IMG/VR virus record: IMGVR_UViG_3300010206_000044 | Coordinates: 1-38,986 of that record | From: a virus | Taxonomy: Duplodnaviria; Caudoviricetes | DNA length: 38,986 nucleotides | Reading direction: 5' to 3' (one strand) | In this document: positions 36,901-38,986 of the stretch, one piece after another | Layout: every line of letters starts with the position of its first letter | How positions within the stretch are numbered: the first letter of the stretch is position 1 | Program-made: the position numbers and the translations under genes | Notes under the pieces: model-generated | Seen by the model: the letters and a program-made list of their open reading frames with translations, nothing else | What the model was told of the DNA's origin: nothing | The model's database searches: none

Positions 36901-37232
36901 CACCAACTAATACGTATATGGTTTCCAGATCATTGATATGTCAGGTTTCGGGATTTGTGACGGAAGTTTCTTTATTGGCTAGCGTCGGAGGTTCCGTAGG
37001 AAGTAATGAATATTCAACTTTTGCAATTCATAATCATACCAAAGGTACAAGTAAGGTATTTGCTACCGATGTGACTCATTCAACATCTGAATTTCTTAAA
37101 AACTATAAGTTGTCGTCATCTTTGCAGGTTACATCTGGTGATCAGTTGTACATAAGATGGCTGACACCAAATTGGGTCACAAACCCAACAACAGTCCGAC
37201 ATAGATTTGATGTAAAAATATTAAATAAATAA
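33915..37232 (+). CDS. Large tail fibre/adhesin-like protein with FN3-like repeats
   Basis: Repeated 'L.P.T.Y..R.Y/F....G..YG...SF.T' units; 1105 aa. Confidence 0.7.
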   Translation: METRDTYKKYDGSIAGLVVIAVGSIKDNVFKSTGKRSSGFYVLKNSIVGRLTGYSSDNWFEVKLFNPVWNYNGEPMYYYAVNDSYSQFVDDSEARLEARTVFRDYSTRDTNKNTFPHVAADYKSMCYNPKQDAFAHWNVTDTYFGSADWRREYINQVLGGNGDQYVFVSENYDPKPIDSFGIVNLIPSARKLKAIFETYWLDSYVIFSGICLSKTNNLPTVNDIFVNGGTDYPFKFDSGNPPYIEVIDLEPDTTYFCRPFFKRNNGTYVYGAMQSFSTLNEPVLPVLILDIPEVNLTQSSAKIIVRCFDTGDSSIVSRGIKIGSTIEAVEDVEIINVSTQRWEANLVGLLPATRYYVQVYATTEDGTSSTSTYVQWQELSPGWAHPVENKTGYFTTKQVAGYPVLYEKLPTNITDSSVILGGGISSDGGSTILQTGFVYSSENIMPTVLDAYIDSTAVTDDNTFYTNVLNLKAASKFYYRAAARTSKGWSYSPGSGSFITGGVSLKTLSVSLITKNSAKVSAIIESSESEVTERGICVGLMTQPTLKTSADLGLKLGSYEANLTALQSGKLYYVRSYAIAAGKVYYGSEMTFITLADSTSLVPVINIVSSTTDSEGTWATIRLTSMPVPVFSIGIGISIVPPDNFGDFIDYFESEESVIEINRGYRERALYNDTSEYYVTPYANYGGDVALGAPVRCIYLPNPVGDFDVTHQLDYNSADNVAKVIISSTSLSIIKWGVVWSSNQLPLTDVLKRTKESSLTNVIVLDNVLPIGITYIQAYAVDQLGAVVYSNVQSVINADKTPISTDDVLTFPENAYMGQTHEHKGNVWVKTEIGWEKKSSATPASRNLSAAIKKGNDDIIAHFNNMLSRKLEKYSVDIVDDDEYVAIENLNKISADGFYILTYPGDFPDVGIEDGIPFRMIVVDGEDSGFITQFLITRSFVTNKLKVYVRSLIDYEPLEDWIDLMPDNFVVYDFAHGAAMPGDGISYYIGSIPDLAPTNTYMVSRSLICQVSGFVTEVSLLASVGGSVGSNEYSTFAIHNHTKGTSKVFATDVTHSTSEFLKNYKLSSSLQVTSGDQLYIRWLTPNWVTNPTTVRHRFDVKILNK

Positions 37233-37234
37233 TT

Positions 37235-37597
37235 ATGAAACTAGTAATAAATTTCTTGCTATTTCTCATTGCGGTGATATTATTTCCGCTGTTAACGCCA
37301 CTAAATGTGGTAATTGTGACAATTCAGAAAAAGAGCATTAAGGCTATGTCGGGTTACTTTTTGGATACTGCCCGAAGGATTGATGTTTATGGTTGTGGTG
37401 AGTTCAGGGCTTTGTTGAACTTAGTTTTTATAACTAAGAATGGAATCACATTTAAATCAGATGGACATACTATCTCACACTTCTTAGGCGTGAACCAACT
37501 TGCTGGCACGCTCAGCCTATCTGGAAGGATGTTTACAAAATTTCTGAATTTGTTGGACAAAAATCATTGCGTTAGGGCAATAGATAATAGTTTTTAG
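37235..37597 (+). CDS. Hypothetical membrane protein
   Basis: N-terminal TM; 'TIS..LG.N...TL', 'LDKNHC'. Confidence 0.7.
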   Translation: MKLVINFLLFLIAVILFPLLTPLNVVIVTIQKKSIKAMSGYFLDTARRIDVYGCGEFRALLNLVFITKNGITFKSDGHTISHFLGVNQLAGTLSLSGRMFTKFLNLLDKNHCVRAIDNSF

Positions 37598-37605
37598 ACT
37601 TAATT

Positions 37606-37753
37606 GGAGGTAAAAAAGCCTCCGCCAATTTAAGCGGCTCCTACACCGCCTAAACATATAAGGTGCACGAACACCCGAGACGAAGGCTTAAAGTCTTCAC
37701 CCGGTGTTCGTGCACCTTTGGTATATATGTAATAGTAGGAGACTACAAAAATA
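37606..37753. ncRNA. Structured RNA element upstream of the methylase (leader or antisense sRNA)
   Basis: 16-bp perfect stem 37660-37675 / 37703-37718; outer CTCCTAC/GTAGGAG; minus-strand TATTTTTG box (37753-37746) and terminal U-run. Confidence 0.6.
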
Positions 37754-37783
37754 GTATTAGTTTTTTAAATAAAAAATAGAAAG

Positions 37784-38620
37784 ATGAGTAAAAATTACAA
37801 TCAAAGTCCCCTGCCTTTTCAGGGGCAAAAGCGGCGGTTTAGTACCGCCTTTAAAGAGGCTTTAAACGAGTTTAAAACAGCGCCGGTATTTGTTGATTTG
37901 TTTGGTGGTTCGGGTTTACTGAGCCATTGGGCTAAGTCTCAATATCCGGATGCAACGGTTGTCTATAATGATTATGATGATTATCATTTGCGTGTAGCTA
38001 ACATAGAAAGAACCAACGCGCTGTTGGCCGAATTTCGCGTTATACTGAAAGATGCACCAACTGACAAGGTAATAAGCAAAGAGGCCAAAGTAGCCATCCT
38101 GAAGGCCGTAAAACACGAAGAAAAGGCGAACGGATATGTTGATTACATTACTATATCTTCAAGCCTGTTGTTTAGTATGAATTACGCAACGAATTACGAC
38201 GATCTGAAAAAGCAATGCATGTATAACTGTGTGCGTAAGAATGATTATGAGTTGGCCTCTGATTATTTATCCGGTGTGGATGTGGTGTGTATGGATTACC
38301 GCGAGTTATTCAACCGTTGGAATCGCGTGTCCGGGGTGGTTTTCTTCATTGACCCGCCGTATTTATCAACTGACTGTAGCACATACAGTAATTACTGGAA
38401 GCTCGCTAATTATCTCGATGTGTTGCAGTGCCTAAAGGGAACGAACTACTTTTATTTTACTTCGAATAAGAGTTCGATATTGGAGTTAACAGATTGGTTG
38501 GAAAAGAACCTGGGCGGTGAGAATCCGTTTAGCGGTGCAACTAAAGTGGAAATGAATGCGCGCATGAACCATAATGCCGGATATACGGATATTATGATGT
38601 ATAAAAAAGCCGGGGCGTAG
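37784..38620 (+). CDS. DNA adenine methyltransferase (D12/Dam-like class)
   Basis: PLPFQGQK, DLFGGSG (SAM binding), FIDPPY (catalytic). Confidence 0.92.
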   Translation: MSKNYNQSPLPFQGQKRRFSTAFKEALNEFKTAPVFVDLFGGSGLLSHWAKSQYPDATVVYNDYDDYHLRVANIERTNALLAEFRVILKDAPTDKVISKEAKVAILKAVKHEEKANGYVDYITISSSLLFSMNYATNYDDLKKQCMYNCVRKNDYELASDYLSGVDVVCMDYRELFNRWNRVSGVVFFIDPPYLSTDCSTYSNYWKLANYLDVLQCLKGTNYFYFTSNKSSILELTDWLEKNLGGENPFSGATKVEMNARMNHNAGYTDIMMYKKAGA

Positions 38621-38631
38621 TCCCCGGCTTT
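38606..38631 (+). terminator. Hairpin over the methylase stop
   Basis: AAAGCCGGGG-CGTAGT-CCCCGGCTTT. Confidence 0.7.
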
Positions 38632-38652
38632 GCCGCGTGTGTTAATTTGAAA

Positions 38653-38699
38653 GCACAAATTGTTTTTATATATTTGCACAAATTGATTTTACGATTATA
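38653..38699 (-). repeat. Right prophage end with two putative transposase-binding sites
   Basis: GCACAAATTGTTTTT (38653-38667) and GCACAAATTGATTTT (38676-38690), inverted relative to the left-end sites. Confidence 0.72.
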
Positions 38700-38929
38700 T
38701 ATTTAAATTCGGTTTTTAGAAATTTCCTAATGCTTGTAAATTTGCTTGGAGGAAACATACCATTTTTAGTATAAAAAATGCCTTCATTGTAATAAATCAA
38801 ATGTATTATTCTTCCTTTTCCAACAACTAATCCTATAACAGTTTTATTTGTAACATTTTTCATAAATTCCCCTTTGTTTGTTATAGAGAATTCTTTAATC
38901 AATTTGAAATGTTTATTCATTATAGTCAT
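38698..38929 (-). pseudogene. 5' part of the host ORF interrupted by the prophage
   Basis: The ORF runs into the prophage end and continues in frame in the left flank when the flanks are rejoined. Confidence 0.55.
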
Positions 38930-38986
38930 TAAAGACGGGCCTGGAATTGCAACATTTTTATCAAATAAATTTATTGTTGTCCGATA

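Larger units (their letters stand above)
810..38699. mobile_element. Mu-like transposable prophage (contractile tail), apparently complete
   Basis: DDE transposase plus MuB-like ATPase, Mu-type head genes, sheath/tube/baseplate, imperfect terminal inverted repeats and flanking direct repeat TATATTTA (804-811, 38698-38705). Confidence 0.92.

Noticed and set aside
1-38986. tRNA, rRNA, CRISPR array, Mu-type gin invertase
   Set aside because: None detected by eye; a tRNAscan/Infernal run would be needed to exclude small RNAs.

Overview
The window holds what appears to be a complete ~37.9 kb Mu-like (transposable) prophage with a contractile tail, at ~810-38699. The host is probably a Bacteroidota, inferred from TAnnTTTG promoters and gene content. 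Gene order is repressor, MuA/MuB early genes, a reversed head/terminase block, capsid, lysis, tail/baseplate and a terminal DNA adenine methylase. The prophage appears to have inserted into the 3' end of a small host ORF that is followed by an attC-like site and a Crp/Fnr gene. The main result is a split diversity-generating retroelement (DGR) system with one reverse transcriptase (9368-10363) and two different template repeats. TR1 (9179-9259), next to the RT, matches variable regions in two small early-region paralogues. TR2 (30924-31033) lies ~20.6 kb downstream of the RT with no RT beside it and matches the C-terminus of a tail-region protein. All 51 TR/VR mismatches I counted are at TR adenines. 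Both TRs sit in the same covarying RNA scaffold, and no canonical Avd is recognisable. Other points: a MuF protein with a putative C-terminal nuclease faced by an antisense sRNA, a T10 run that could fuse portal to MuF, and a structured RNA upstream of the methylase. All family assignments come from motifs and gene order read by eye, not from database searches.
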